Below are positions 27,662-38,100 of a stretch of DNA of 64,000 nt, in pieces. Both the position numbers and the translations under genes were made by a program. Each line of letters opens with the position of its first letter. Position 1 is the first letter of the stretch. This DNA comes from an uncultured Chloroflexia bacterium (GTDB lineage: Bacteria > Chloroflexota > Limnocylindria > Limnocylindrales > CSP1-4): positions 10,516-74,515 of the forward strand of contig CAWBTQ010000003.1 in assembly GCA_963791725.1 (NCBI GenBank), read 5' to 3'. The notes below the pieces were generated by a model that worked only from the letters and a program-made list of their open reading frames with translations, was not told the DNA's origin and did not search any database.

Positions 27662-27698
27662 GGAAAGCGGCCGGAGAGGAGGAGACCGGCCGCTTCCC
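27662..27698 (-). terminator. GC-rich hairpin (13-bp stem, 11-nt loop) 20 nt downstream of the GT39 stop; putative intrinsic terminator
   Basis: GGAAAGCGGCCGG-agaggaggaga-CCGGCCGCTTCCC. On the transcribed (minus) strand it is followed by TTTCCGTTCTGCTG. Confidence 0.45.
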
Positions 27699-27716
27699 AG
27701 GCTCCGGAGAGGGCAG

Positions 27717-29702
27717 TCAGGCCGCTCCGGCACAGTCGTAGAGCTGGCTGTTGACGGAGCTCACTACCTTGCAGCTGGCCGCCAGCCAGGCCGTGCGCTC
27801 GCTGGCTGTGGAATCACTGGCGGCGCCGCCGAAGCCACCACCGCCCATGCCTCCGCCCGCAAGGATGAACCTCAGCTTGCCCGAGGCCACGTAGCTCTTG
27901 AGCTGGTCGAGGGTCGGCGTCGGATCGGATCCGGTGAAGCCGCCCATGGCCATCACCGGTAGACCGGTGGTCAGCTCGATGGTGCCCGCATCCTGGGCCG
28001 AGTTGATGGCCACGATCCAGGTGGCCGTGCCGCGGTTGGCGACGAGATAGTCGAGCAGCGCCGAGTCGACTCCGTTCCCGGCCGGTCCCCCCGCAGAGAG
28101 GCCCGATGCCGCTCCGCCGGGGTTGCCGCCGGCAAGGCCAGGACCGCCGGCGAGTCCGCCGAACCCGCCCGGGGTGCCGCCGATGCCGCTCGCGGTACCG
28201 GGTCCCGGATGCGGGTCGCCGCCGCCATAGGCGTTGCCCGTCGTGGCCACGGCATACGCGGCGGGCGCAAGCAGAGTGGCGACGATGCCGAACCCGGCCG
28301 CCGCAAGCGCGATTCGCCTGGCCACGGGCCTTTCGGCTAGACGCGGCAGCGAAGTGGCCGCCAGCACGACGAGCGCCAGCGCGGCCAGAGCGATCGCCAC
28401 GGGACCCAGGCCGTGGGCGAAGCCGGGCGTCCGATCCAGCAGCGTCGCGCCAAACCAGGCCGAGCCCAGGCAGGCGATGCCGACGCCGATCCCACCGAGC
28501 CAGATCCGGGCACGGCTCTTCCAGATGTCCACCAGCCCGGCTCCGACGAGCGCACCGATGGCCGGCGCGAGGGCAACTGCGTAGTAGGAGTGGATGATCC
28601 CCGACATGTAGCTGAAGACGATCGCCGTGACGACGAACCAGCTGCCCCACAGCAGGTAGCCCGCGAGGGCAATGTCGGTCCGATGAGCCCAGCGGCGTCG
28701 GAAGAGGCCGACCAGGAGACACACGATCGCGAGCGGGATGAGCCAGGCGATCTGGCCGAACATCTCGTCGTTGAAGAGCCGCAGCAGCCCGACGTCGCCG
28801 CTGAAGCCCCCGCCGCCAGCAACGCCGCCACCGGATCCGCCGGATCCAAAGATCCGGCCGAGCCCGTCGTAGCCGAAGATCAGGTCGAGCGCGGAGCCAG
28901 AAGTGCTGCCGCCGATGAACGGCTTGCCCGCGACCGGCAACAGCTCGACGATGGCCACCCACCAGCCGCTCGCTATGAGCACGGTCGCAAGGGCCAGGCC
29001 GAGCCCGACGATCCTGCGGCGCAGGGTCGTGTTTGCCGAGAAGCCGAAGACGAGCGCGTAGCCAGGCAGGACGAGATACGCCTGCAGGTACTTCGTCAGG
29101 AAGGCCAGGCCGACGCAGCCTGCGGCGAACGCCATCCAGCGGTAGCTGCCGTTCTCGAGGGAGCGGAGAAGCGCCCAGGCCGAGACGACGAGCAGCAGGG
29201 TAAGCAGCGCGTCCGGGTTGTTGAAGCGGAACATCAGGACTGCGGCCGGCGTCAGAGCCGTCACGATCGCGGCGATCGTGGCCGCGACCGGCCCGAAGGA
29301 CCGCTTCACCGCCATGAACAGGACGCCGACCGTGGCCACTCCGGCCAGGGCTTCCGGCAGGAGGATGCTCCACGAGCTCAAGCCGAACAGGCGTACCGAC
29401 AGACCCATCAGCATGGTGCTGAGGGGCGGCTTGTCGACCGTGATGAAGTTCGCGGCGTCGAAGCTGCCGAAGAACCAGGCCGACCAGCTCTTCGCGGCCG
29501 AAAGCGCCGCGGCCGAGTAGTAAGTGTTGGCGTAGCCGCTCACCGTGAGGTTCCAGATGTAGAGCACCGCGGCCAAGGCCAGCACCCCGGCGAAGGCCGG
29601 TCTGACCCATGTGGCTTCCTCCTCGCTGCCTCGGACCAGGCTCCGCAGCCTTCCTACGGGCCGAAATCTCGGCACGAAGGCGGGTCTGGTTACGGCAGTC
29701 AT
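27717..29702 (-). CDS. GT-C glycosyltransferase, family 39 / PMT_2 (ArnT-like) integral membrane protein
   Basis: 661 aa. About 12 TM. N-terminal DxD-like loop (FITVDKPPLSTMLMGLSVRLFG) typical of PMT/ArnT transferases. Gly-rich periplasmic C-terminus. Confidence 0.85.
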   Translation of the reverse strand: MTAVTRPAFVPRFRPVGRLRSLVRGSEEEATWVRPAFAGVLALAAVLYIWNLTVSGYANTYYSAAALSAAKSWSAWFFGSFDAANFITVDKPPLSTMLMGLSVRLFGLSSWSILLPEALAGVATVGVLFMAVKRSFGPVAATIAAIVTALTPAAVLMFRFNNPDALLTLLLVVSAWALLRSLENGSYRWMAFAAGCVGLAFLTKYLQAYLVLPGYALVFGFSANTTLRRRIVGLGLALATVLIASGWWVAIVELLPVAGKPFIGGSTSGSALDLIFGYDGLGRIFGSGGSGGGVAGGGGFSGDVGLLRLFNDEMFGQIAWLIPLAIVCLLVGLFRRRWAHRTDIALAGYLLWGSWFVVTAIVFSYMSGIIHSYYAVALAPAIGALVGAGLVDIWKSRARIWLGGIGVGIACLGSAWFGATLLDRTPGFAHGLGPVAIALAALALVVLAATSLPRLAERPVARRIALAAAGFGIVATLLAPAAYAVATTGNAYGGGDPHPGPGTASGIGGTPGGFGGLAGGPGLAGGNPGGAASGLSAGGPAGNGVDSALLDYLVANRGTATWIVAINSAQDAGTIELTTGLPVMAMGGFTGSDPTPTLDQLKSYVASGKLRFILAGGGMGGGGFGGAASDSTASERTAWLAASCKVVSSVNSQLYDCAGAA

Positions 29703-30172
29703 GGTCGGGTCCTTTCCACCGTTGAGAGCGTGGTCAACGGGAGCTGGTACGGGGCCGGCGCGCGACCGTCTCGCGGCCGATCTATGGCCATTCGCAGGAG
29801 CAGGAACCGGACGACGGTCGCGGCGGCGTTGGCGATGACGAGTACGCCGATCTCGGCCAGTCGGCCATGGTTGGGCGCGACGGCTCCGACGATGGCGAGG
29901 GAGACGGAGGTGAAGGCCAGCGCGGCGCCCAGGGCGACGACGCCGGCGGCGTGGTCGCGGGCCATGCTCCGGCGGCCACGGACGGCGAAGGTCATCCGGC
30001 GGTTGGCTGCCGTGTTGGCGACGGCCGTCACCAGGAGGGCGGCCGCGTTGGCCAACGCCGCGGGCGCCAGCTCGCGCAGCCCCGCATAGAGCACGACATA
30101 GGCCGCGGTGCTGGCGAGCCCGATCGCTCCGAAGGTGGCGAGCTGCCTGAGGATTCTGCAGTTCGATGCCAT
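29699..30172 (-). CDS. GtrA-family small membrane protein (polyprenol-phosphate-sugar flippase-associated)
   Basis: 4 TM, GtrA-like pattern. The stop overlaps the GT39 start (ATGA at 29699-29702). Start MASNCRIL (30172) or 30193. Confidence 0.75.
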   Translation of the reverse strand: MASNCRILRQLATFGAIGLASTAAYVVLYAGLRELAPAALANAAALLVTAVANTAANRRMTFAVRGRRSMARDHAAGVVALGAALAFTSVSLAIVGAVAPNHGRLAEIGVLVIANAAATVVRFLLLRMAIDRPRDGRAPAPYQLPLTTLSTVERTRP

Positions 30173-30454
30173 ACCCGAAGTCTCGGCGGGCATTCTTGCG
30201 ATCTGGTTACGTGCGTCTCGCGCCGGGCTAGCGCTGCGGTGGCGCGGGAACCCCCGGCTCGCGCGCAGAAATCAGTAGCGGCGCGACTGCGGATGCGGAC
30301 CCAACTCAATGTTGGCTGAGGCGCCACCGCCCACCGCCCGTCTAGCGAACGGATCCCCCTCGCGGGGCTCTGTAGACTGCGGGCGAGATCGACCGGCCAG
30401 GAGAAAGACGCTAACGAGCCTCCTGGCCTGGCGGCAGCAGCAGGCCAGGCTCGC

Positions 30455-32380
30455 CTAGGCTGGGTTCGGAGTGTGTCGTCGAACCGGAGCCCTCGCCAGG
30501 GCGGATCCGCCCAACGAACGCCGACCCGGTGCGTTCTGCAGCAGGAGCAGCAGGCTGGGCACGACGACCGGAACGAGCAGGAAGAGGATCGGCAGATACG
30601 GATCCGGCGAACTCGGCGGGAGCGGTACGACGTCCGCAGGACTCGCAGTCGTGATCACCAGCTGCGGCGGGTTTGCTCCCTCGCGCGAGGATAGTGAGAC
30701 GGCCGTGCTGTTCGTCGTCGAGATGCCGAAGCTGACCAGCCCGTTGCCTGTCACCGCGGAAGTCACGTCAGCGCTGGTCCACGATCCGGTCGTTATGGGG
30801 CCCGAGCTGCCGAGCTGAGCGCCGAAAGGCGGAGCATTGGCGTCGGTGATCGTGGTTTCGCCCCAGGTCGTGTCGGCGACCGAGTAGGCGTTGTAGCCGG
30901 TCGATTGGGCGCTGTTGGCCCAGATGCGCAACGTGGCGTTGGTCACGGTGCCGCCGATGCCCGACACGTTGAAGCGCAAGAACGAGCGGACTGTCGGCGA
31001 GCCATCTATTCGGATCTGGGTGGAGGTGCCGAAGTTGGCCCCTGGGTTGGAGGCGTCGACGTAGCTGTCGGCGACGGGCGTGAAAGTCGATGCGGCCACG
31101 ATCGGAGTCGGCGTGGGCGTCGCGACCGGCGTCGGCGTGGGAGCCGGCGTCGGAGTCGGAGTCGGTGCGGGGGTCGGCGTGGCCAAGGGCGTGGGCGTCG
31201 GAGTCGGAGTCGGTGCGGGGGTCGGTGTGGCCAAGGGCGTGGGCGTCGGAGTCGGAGTCGGTGCGGGGGTCGGCGTGGCCAAGGGCGTGGGCGTTGGAGT
31301 CGGCGTTGGAGTCGGCATGGGACCGGCGCTATGGCAGGTCGCGGAGCCGCTGTCTGTAAACGAACCCACGGCCGGCTTGAAGCTCCAGTCGTAGCTGCCC
31401 TGATGCAGAGTCAACGCCAGGATTCCGAAGGTGTTCGTGTTACGAACGATGCTGTTGGGGGCGATCGAGGAGATTGAAGTGTGGTCAGCGCCACCGGTGC
31501 CGACCGTGATTTCGACGATGCCGTTCGTCGGATCGAGTGCGCCCGTCGGCGACTGCGGCGCGAAGCGCTCGTAGATGTGGTCGTGGCCGTCGAGGATCAC
31601 GTCGGCGTGGGCCGCGTATAGCTGCTGCCAGAACGACTTTGAGTTGTTGTTCGCCCGGCCCCCCGAGCTGAACAACGGGATGTGCCAGTACGCCAGAGTG
31701 CACTGGTTGGGGTGAGCGGCGAGGTCCGCGGCTAACCACTTGCCCTGAGGAGAACTGGCCGAGCAGCCGCCGGCGCTGGCGCAGTTGGTGTTGAGCGCGA
31801 TCAAGTGCCAGGACCCCACATCGAAGCTGTAGTAGCCCTGGCCCTGAACGCCCGCGGCGGACCCGAAGTAGGTGAAATAGCCCGCCGCATTGGTGTTGGA
31901 GCTGTCGCAGCCCGTCGATGGCTTCGAGCCTCCAGAGGTCAGATACTCGTGGTTGCCGACCACGGGATGGGTGATGGCTTTCACCTGGCCCCAGCTCGGG
32001 TCGTACGACTGCTGGAACGCGGCCAGACTGCCGCAGTAGTACTGGTTATCGCCAAGCGCCAGCACGGCCGCAAAGCCACCGCTCGCGAGTTGAGCCGCGG
32101 TCGCCCTCTGTTGGCAGACGCTGCTGGTGGCCCCATTGAAGTGGGCGTCGGCAGGATCGCAAGCGATGTCGCCCGCCGCGGCGACGGTGGGATCTCCGGC
32201 CGCAGCCACGGGACGTGCCACGAACGGCCCGGCGGCAATCCAGGCCACCACCAACAGCCCAGCCACGGCGAGCCGCATCCACCCGACCCACCAACCCGTC
32301 AGGCCGGCTCGCCGGCCTTTTGCCTTCCCGGCCAGCGAAGCAAGTTCGGGCAGGCGTGGCACGACGGCGATTGGGCTCAT
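30455..32380 (-). CDS. exported calcineurin-like metallophosphoesterase, with Pro/Thr linker, DNRLRE-like carbohydrate-binding-type domain and C-terminal TM anchor
   Basis: 641 aa. MPE motifs [26 protein letters not shown] ~75-aa [14 protein letters not shown] linker. Beta domain ...[20 protein letters not shown].... Hydrophobic tail [19 protein letters not shown] then GRR. Confidence 0.8.
   Translation of the reverse strand: MSPIAVVPRLPELASLAGKAKGRRAGLTGWWVGWMRLAVAGLLVVAWIAAGPFVARPVAAAGDPTVAAAGDIACDPADAHFNGATSSVCQQRATAAQLASGGFAAVLALGDNQYYCGSLAAFQQSYDPSWGQVKAITHPVVGNHEYLTSGGSKPSTGCDSSNTNAAGYFTYFGSAAGVQGQGYYSFDVGSWHLIALNTNCASAGGCSASSPQGKWLAADLAAHPNQCTLAYWHIPLFSSGGRANNNSKSFWQQLYAAHADVILDGHDHIYERFAPQSPTGALDPTNGIVEITVGTGGADHTSISSIAPNSIVRNTNTFGILALTLHQGSYDWSFKPAVGSFTDSGSATCHSAGPMPTPTPTPTPTPLATPTPAPTPTPTPTPLATPTPAPTPTPTPTPLATPTPAPTPTPTPAPTPTPVATPTPTPIVAASTFTPVADSYVDASNPGANFGTSTQIRIDGSPTVRSFLRFNVSGIGGTVTNATLRIWANSAQSTGYNAYSVADTTWGETTITDANAPPFGAQLGSSGPITTGSWTSADVTSAVTGNGLVSFGISTTNSTAVSLSSREGANPPQLVITTASPADVVPLPPSSPDPYLPILFLLVPVVVPSLLLLLQNAPGRRSLGGSALARAPVRRHTPNPA
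31100..31330. repeat. ~48-bp tandem DNA repeat (about 4 copies) encoding the PT linker of the metallophosphoesterase
   Basis: Repeated GGCGTGGGCGTCGGAGTCGGAGTCGGTGCGGGGGTCGG(C/T)GTGGCCAAGG units on the plus strand. Antisense reading gives the GVGVGAGVG ORFs in the track. Confidence 0.7.
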
Positions 32381-32908
32381 GGTCCCTCTTCTGCTCGAGG
32401 CAGCCGGTGGGTCGCCCTACCCGCAGGCGCCGGAGCCCAAGCGGTTTCGGATATTAGAGTTGAGACGTAACAATTAGAAGCGGCCCGATCGCATTCGGAC
32501 CGCCCGTCCTACCAGGTGGTCTGGCCGATCCACGGTCCGGGCGCGCCTGCCCAAACTCGGTTCCGGTGGGACCCGGTGTACGGGTCTAACGGAGGGAGCG
32601 GCGGATTGCCGCGCGTTCGCAAACGTCATCGCCCGCGCAGGTGAGATCGTCCCTGAGCAAGCGCAATACGGCTGTCGGGTAGGGTCCGCAAGGGAACCTC
32701 TGCCAATGGGTGGTTGACGCCCCGGAGCTCCGCCCGGAACGCTTGATAGCCCGAGCGGCCCGACAGCCGGGACGATCGGCCGGAGGTTGGCGTCGCACAG
32801 AGTCCAGATCGAGACTCTGACGGCCCAGCACGGCACGCAGTCCACCACGACAGAAGCGTGCGCCGCAGGCCCGACGCTCCGAACAATGGCCGCTCGCGGG
32901 AGGTCCAA

Positions 32909-34012
32909 ATGACGCCTGGCGCCCATCCCAATCGCCGTCTTGCCTCTGTCGTCGGAATCGCTGCCACATTGATGGCCATCCTGTGGGCATGCTCGAATGC
33001 GCTTCCGTCTCCCCACCAAAGCCCGACGAACGCAATCAGCCCATCGGGCGACTCATCGGTTCTCGGCGCTACGAACGCTCCAACGGCCCCTCCAACCGCA
33101 GGACAATCTGGGCTGATTTCGCCTTCGCAAGCCGCCATAACGCAGCCCGCCTCGCCCGGTCCAACGTATACCGGAGGCGGAACGACCAGTCCGCGGCAGG
33201 GTGCCACCGTGACGGTTGTCGCCGCCGGGGATATCGCCTGCGATCCCGCCCACAACGTCGGCGCCCCGACTGACTGCGACCAGGCGGCCACAGCGAATCT
33301 GATCGGACAGCTGCACCCGACGGGCGTCCTCACCCTTGGAGACAACCAATACGAAGACGGGACCCTCGCGGCATTCAAGTCCGTCTTTGACCCGACCTGG
33401 GGCAGATACCGCTCGATCATGTACCCGGCAATCGGCAACCACGAGTACCTGACATCCGGAGCGGCCGGCTACTTCGGGTACTTCGGAGTGCCCGCCTACT
33501 ACAGCTTCAACCTTGGCGCCTGGCATCTGATCGCCCTCGACTCGGAGTGTTCGCATGTGGGCGGATGCCAGGTCGGCTCGGCGCAGGAGCGTTGGCTCCT
33601 GGCCGATCTCTCGGCCCATCCCTCGCTGTGCACGCTCGTCTACTGGCACGAGCCGAGATGGTCGTCGGGTGAGCACCAGGACGCGACTCAGATGTCCGCC
33701 ATCTGGGCCGACCTGGTGGCCGCACACGTCGACGTGGTCCTGTCAGGCCACAACCACGATTACGAGCGGTTTGCGCCTCTGGACGCCAACGGCCAACGCG
33801 ACCCAGCCGGCGTGACCGAGTTCGTCGTGGGCACGGGCGGCAAGAACCACTACGGCTTCGTCGCCTCGCCCCTCACAGGAGAGCTCGTCCGCAACGACGC
33901 CTCATTCGGAGTGATCGAGATGACCCTCCGACCCACGGGCTATAGCTGGAGCTTTGTCGCGGCTCCAGGCTTCACTTTCCGTGATTCGGGATCCGCGAAC
34001 TGCATCCCATGA
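32909..34012 (+). CDS. exported calcineurin-like metallophosphoesterase (paralog of 30455..32380, catalytic domain only)
   Basis: Start MTPGAHPNRRLASVVGIAATLMAILWAC (GGGAGG 6 nt upstream). Same motif set GDIACD/GDNQY/GNHEY/GHNHDYERF. Divergently oriented to its paralog. Confidence 0.8.
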   Translation: MTPGAHPNRRLASVVGIAATLMAILWACSNALPSPHQSPTNAISPSGDSSVLGATNAPTAPPTAGQSGLISPSQAAITQPASPGPTYTGGGTTSPRQGATVTVVAAGDIACDPAHNVGAPTDCDQAATANLIGQLHPTGVLTLGDNQYEDGTLAAFKSVFDPTWGRYRSIMYPAIGNHEYLTSGAAGYFGYFGVPAYYSFNLGAWHLIALDSECSHVGGCQVGSAQERWLLADLSAHPSLCTLVYWHEPRWSSGEHQDATQMSAIWADLVAAHVDVVLSGHNHDYERFAPLDANGQRDPAGVTEFVVGTGGKNHYGFVASPLTGELVRNDASFGVIEMTLRPTGYSWSFVAAPGFTFRDSGSANCIP

Positions 34013-34227
34013 TCGGGCCCGAGCCGGCAATCAGCGAGACGCCCTGCCTTTAGTGGTGGGGCTAGACATCCCTGATTTGGGTGGCTCAGGGTAGGGATCC
34101 TTCCACCTGTCGGGACGGGTACCCACCCCAGGGTCTCAAAGCGGGAACAGCGGTCGTAAGGGGGTCGCCTTAGGGAGTAGATTGCCGCCTTCTGAAGCCC
34201 ATCCCGGTCCATTGGAGGATGCTCCGC

Positions 34228-34986
34228 GTGGCGACTTCAAAAGCTCACCTCTGGTTCGTGTTGCCCACGTACAACGAGAAGGACAACGTCCGCCCGATGA
34301 CGGAAGCCATCCTGGCCAGCGTGCCAGGAGCATCCGTGCTGATCGTCGACGACAACTCGCCCGACGGGACGGGCGCCATCGCGGATGAGTTGGCGGCGCG
34401 GCGAGCGGACGTCGCCGTCCTCCATCGCGAGGCCAAACAAGGCCTGGGCCGGGCCTACGTGGACGGGTTCTGCAACGTCGCCGCGCGCGGCGCGGCGATC
34501 GTCGTCCAGATGGACGCCGACTTCAGCCATCCGGTGCGGTTCCTGGCGCCGCTGCTGGAACCAATCCTCTCGGACAGGGCCGATGTGAGCCTGGGCAGCC
34601 GCTACGTGCCTGGCGGCGTCATTCCGCGCTGGAGTCCGATACGCAGGTTCATCAGTAGAGGCGGCGGCCTGTTCGCCCGCACGGTCCTGCGATTGCCGTA
34701 TCGCGACCTGACGGGCGGCTTCAAGGCGTGGCGGATGTCGGTCCTTCAGGCCATCGATCTGGACGACGTCCACGCCGGCGGTTACGCCTTCCAAATCGAG
34801 ATGACGTACCGCGCACACCGCCTCGGGGCTCGGATCGTCGAGGTCCCGATCACCTTCGAGGAACGCCGCGAGGGCGCTTCGAAGATGAGCAAGGGCATCT
34901 TCTTCGAGGCGTTCAAGGTCGTCGTCGGTCTGCGGCTGGCAGCCGCGAGAGGTCAGGTGCCGGCCACGAAGCTCGGTCACCTCTGA
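34228..34986 (+). CDS. polyprenol-monophosphomannose synthase / dolichyl-phosphate beta-glycosyltransferase (GT2, Ppm1/DPM1-like)
   Basis: GT2 motifs VLPTYNEKDN, IVDDNSPDGT, QMDADFSH. GTG start at 34228 is 9 nt after GGAGG. The ATG at 34219 abuts the SD. Confidence 0.85.
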   Translation: MATSKAHLWFVLPTYNEKDNVRPMTEAILASVPGASVLIVDDNSPDGTGAIADELAARRADVAVLHREAKQGLGRAYVDGFCNVAARGAAIVVQMDADFSHPVRFLAPLLEPILSDRADVSLGSRYVPGGVIPRWSPIRRFISRGGGLFARTVLRLPYRDLTGGFKAWRMSVLQAIDLDDVHAGGYAFQIEMTYRAHRLGARIVEVPITFEERREGASKMSKGIFFEAFKVVVGLRLAAARGQVPATKLGHL

Positions 34987-35140
34987 TCATTCCGCACCAG
35001 CTCAACGGACTGTGTGAATAGATCAACGGAAACCGTGAGCCGCGCCGCTGGCGGAATGGAGGACCCGGCGGCCAAAAGTCAAGTTTCGAATTCATTGCGT
35101 CCCAAATCGCCGCCAGCTGCACTCATTCGGGGGTCACATC

Positions 35141-38100
35141 ATGAAGGTCCAAACACTCAGCAGGGCCGGGCTTCCTACCTGGCCCCGACTGGCCATCCTG
35201 GCCAGGTTCCTCATCGTCGGACTCACCGGCATCGCCGTAAACGAGCTGGTGTACGTCCTCATGGTTCACGATCTGGCAATCTGGTTCGTCGTCGCGGCGA
35301 TCGCCTCGACGGAGGCCTCCACGACGTGGAACTTCCTGGGCAACGAGCTGTGGGCGTTTTCCGGTCGGCGCCTCGTGGGTCCCGCCTGGGCTCGATACCT
35401 GGCGTACGCCGGCATGAACAACGCCATGCTCCTGCTACGCGTACCGATGCTCTGGCTGCTGTCCGACTTCGGCCGCCTCGGGCCGGCCTCGGCCAACCTG
35501 ATAGCCCTCGGGGCGCTGTTCGCCATGCGCTTCGCGCTCTCGGACGGATTGGTCTGGCGCCAAAAGGGCGCGAGCGCCTACGACGCGGTGGACTCGACCG
35601 GGGAGCCTGCGCAAGCCTACCGCTATGACATTGGTGGCCTGTTGAGGCTCGATTCCGACTCCGAGTTGCCGGAGCTCGCGTACTTCCGCACGGCCGCGGT
35701 TACCCCGCCCGACATAAGGATCAGAACTCGCCGTGTGGCATCCATCCCCACGACGCGCGTCCGACTTCGACGGGATGGCGACCGGGTCACGTACCGCGAG
35801 CACCTGGGCATCCTGGGCGCGGACTTCAACGTGACCATGGGAAAGACGATCGACGTCGAGGCTTCGCAGCTTCTTTCCCTGTCGCGGCATGTCCTCTACA
35901 CCAACGTGGTCGAGGCGCTGCTCCGATTCGTGCTCGTGTCGAAGGGCTACGTTCTGCTCCACTCCGCGGGTCTCGACGTGGAAGGGCGGGCGACACTGCT
36001 CTCCGCGCAGACCGATACCGGCAAGACGAGCACGGTCATCAACCTGGTCCGCGAACGCCACTGGCGCTTCATCTCCGACGACATGGCGATCATCGACCCG
36101 GCGGGCTTCGTTAGGACCTTCCCCAAGCCGATGACGCTGTCCTACCACACCATGACTCGGGCAGTGGACGCCAGCAGCCTGACTCCCAGCAAGCGGATAC
36201 AGCTGCAGGTCCAGAGCCGTGTCCACTCCAAGAGCGGTCGCTCGGTCGGCAAGGGACTCGGCACCCTAAATGTGCCGATCATGTCGATCAACAGCGTCCT
36301 TCAGATCATGGTTCCGCCGCCTAAGTACCACATCACCTCCTTGCTTCCGGCGCACATCGCGACGGAGTCGCCCATCGCCAACGTCTTCCTGATGGAGCGA
36401 GGTGAGCCCCTACAGGAGCGCGTTCCTCTCGAGGCGGCAATCGACCAGCTCATCGAGAACACCGACGACGCGTACGGCTTCCCGCCATTCGCCGCCCTGG
36501 CGCCTCATTTCGTGATCGACGGCGCGGACTACCCGGCGTTGCGCGCGCGCGAGCGCGAACTCCTGACGACGGCGATGAAGAACGCCTCGATCTGGCGGCT
36601 GCGAGTTCGCGGCCACGAGTGGGGCGAACTGCTGCCGAAGCTGATCCTCGGCGAGCAGCGCGAACTGGTCGGCATTCCTATCGAGATTGACGAGCGCGAG
36701 CCGGTCGGCATTCCCATCGAGACCGGCGAGCGCGATCTGGTCGGCATTCCTGTTCCGGCCGGAGGAATGACTGCTGAATCAGCCGGAGGGCCTTCGCGCC
36801 CTTTTTCCTCTCGCCGCCAGCCCCCGGAGACGCGTGCCAGTCACGGACTGGCGTACCCCGACGCGGGGCCGGGCGGGATTAGCAACTTCAAGGCGAGCGT
36901 GCCCGGCCCGACGAATCGGGCGCGTCGTCGCACATTCGAGTCCGGCCCGCCTCGCGGAACGGCTTCACGAAACGTGGGCGCTCAATCTGCGGCCGCCGCG
37001 GCAGTCGCTGTCGGTCCAGTCCCGGGCTGGGGGCTGCGCGGCGGTCTCCCTCTGGTACCGAACCTGATTGCCCTCCGGGAACGAGTCGAGCAGCGCCTTC
37101 GCATCGATACTCGTTTGTGGGTCACGCTGGGCGTAATCATCCTCGCGGGAGCCGCCGTCCGGCTCTGGGCGATCGGTTCGGTAGGCTTCAACAACGACGA
37201 AGCGGTCTATACGGGGCAGGGCGCCTCGTTGGCCGCAGACCCAACATACAGCGCTCTGTTCGCCATCTTCCGCGCTCATCCGCTGCTTGTGCAGTTCCTG
37301 TATTCCATCTCGTTTCGCCTCTTCGGAGTGAACGATGTCACCCCTCGGCTGATCTCGATCGCGTTTGGCCTGGGCGGCATCGGCCTCGTCTACGCGGCCG
37401 GCTCCGTCCTGTACAGCCGCAGGGTCGGGCTGATAGCCGCCGCCATCCTGGCGCTCATGCCTTACCACGTGATCGTCACCCGTCAAGCCTTGTTGGACGG
37501 GCCCGAAACCACACTCTTCCTGCTGAGCATGTACATGCTCGCTCGCTTCGCTCGCGGAGGAGACTCTCGCTGGCTGTACAGCGCGGCATTTACGACAGGC
37601 CTCACGGTGCTCGCCAAGGAGACGGCTGTACTGATCGTTCCGGTGGCCGTCACCTTCCTGCTTCTGGCGCCGGAGATCCGTATGCTCCTGCGCCAACAAC
37701 TCCTCGCAATCGGGCTCTTCTTCCTGGCAGTCGTGCCGTATCCGGCCGCGATCCTCATCGGTAAGGGGGGCGGTGCCGCTCAGTCTTTCTTCCTGTGGGA
37801 GGTCCTCCGCCAGCCGAACCACACATGGACTTTCTACGCCGACGTGCTGCCGGGTGCCGTAGGTCCGCTCGTCTTCCTGGCGGGCGTAGCGGGGCTCCTG
37901 TTCGCGGTCCGCCGAGGGCGCTGGGAGGACCGGCTGATCATCAGCTGGGTCGCCGTGCCGGTGGCATTCTTCGAAATCTGGCCGGTCAAAGGCTTTCAGT
38001 ATCTTCTGCCAATCGCCCCGGCCCTCGCGATTCTCGCCGGCGTGAGCTTCGACCGGTTGATTCAGACAGCCGAGCGTGTCCCCCAGAGGCCGAGCAACGA

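Noticed and set aside
27814-30089. 598-aa minus and 558-aa plus ORFs overlapping the GT39 gene
   Set aside because: Alternative frames of a clearly membrane-protein-coding region. The translations are Arg/Gly-rich with no TM or motif.
31080-31394. GVGVGAGVG-type ORFs on the plus strand
   Set aside because: These are the antisense reading of the Pro/Thr linker repeat of the metallophosphoesterase gene.
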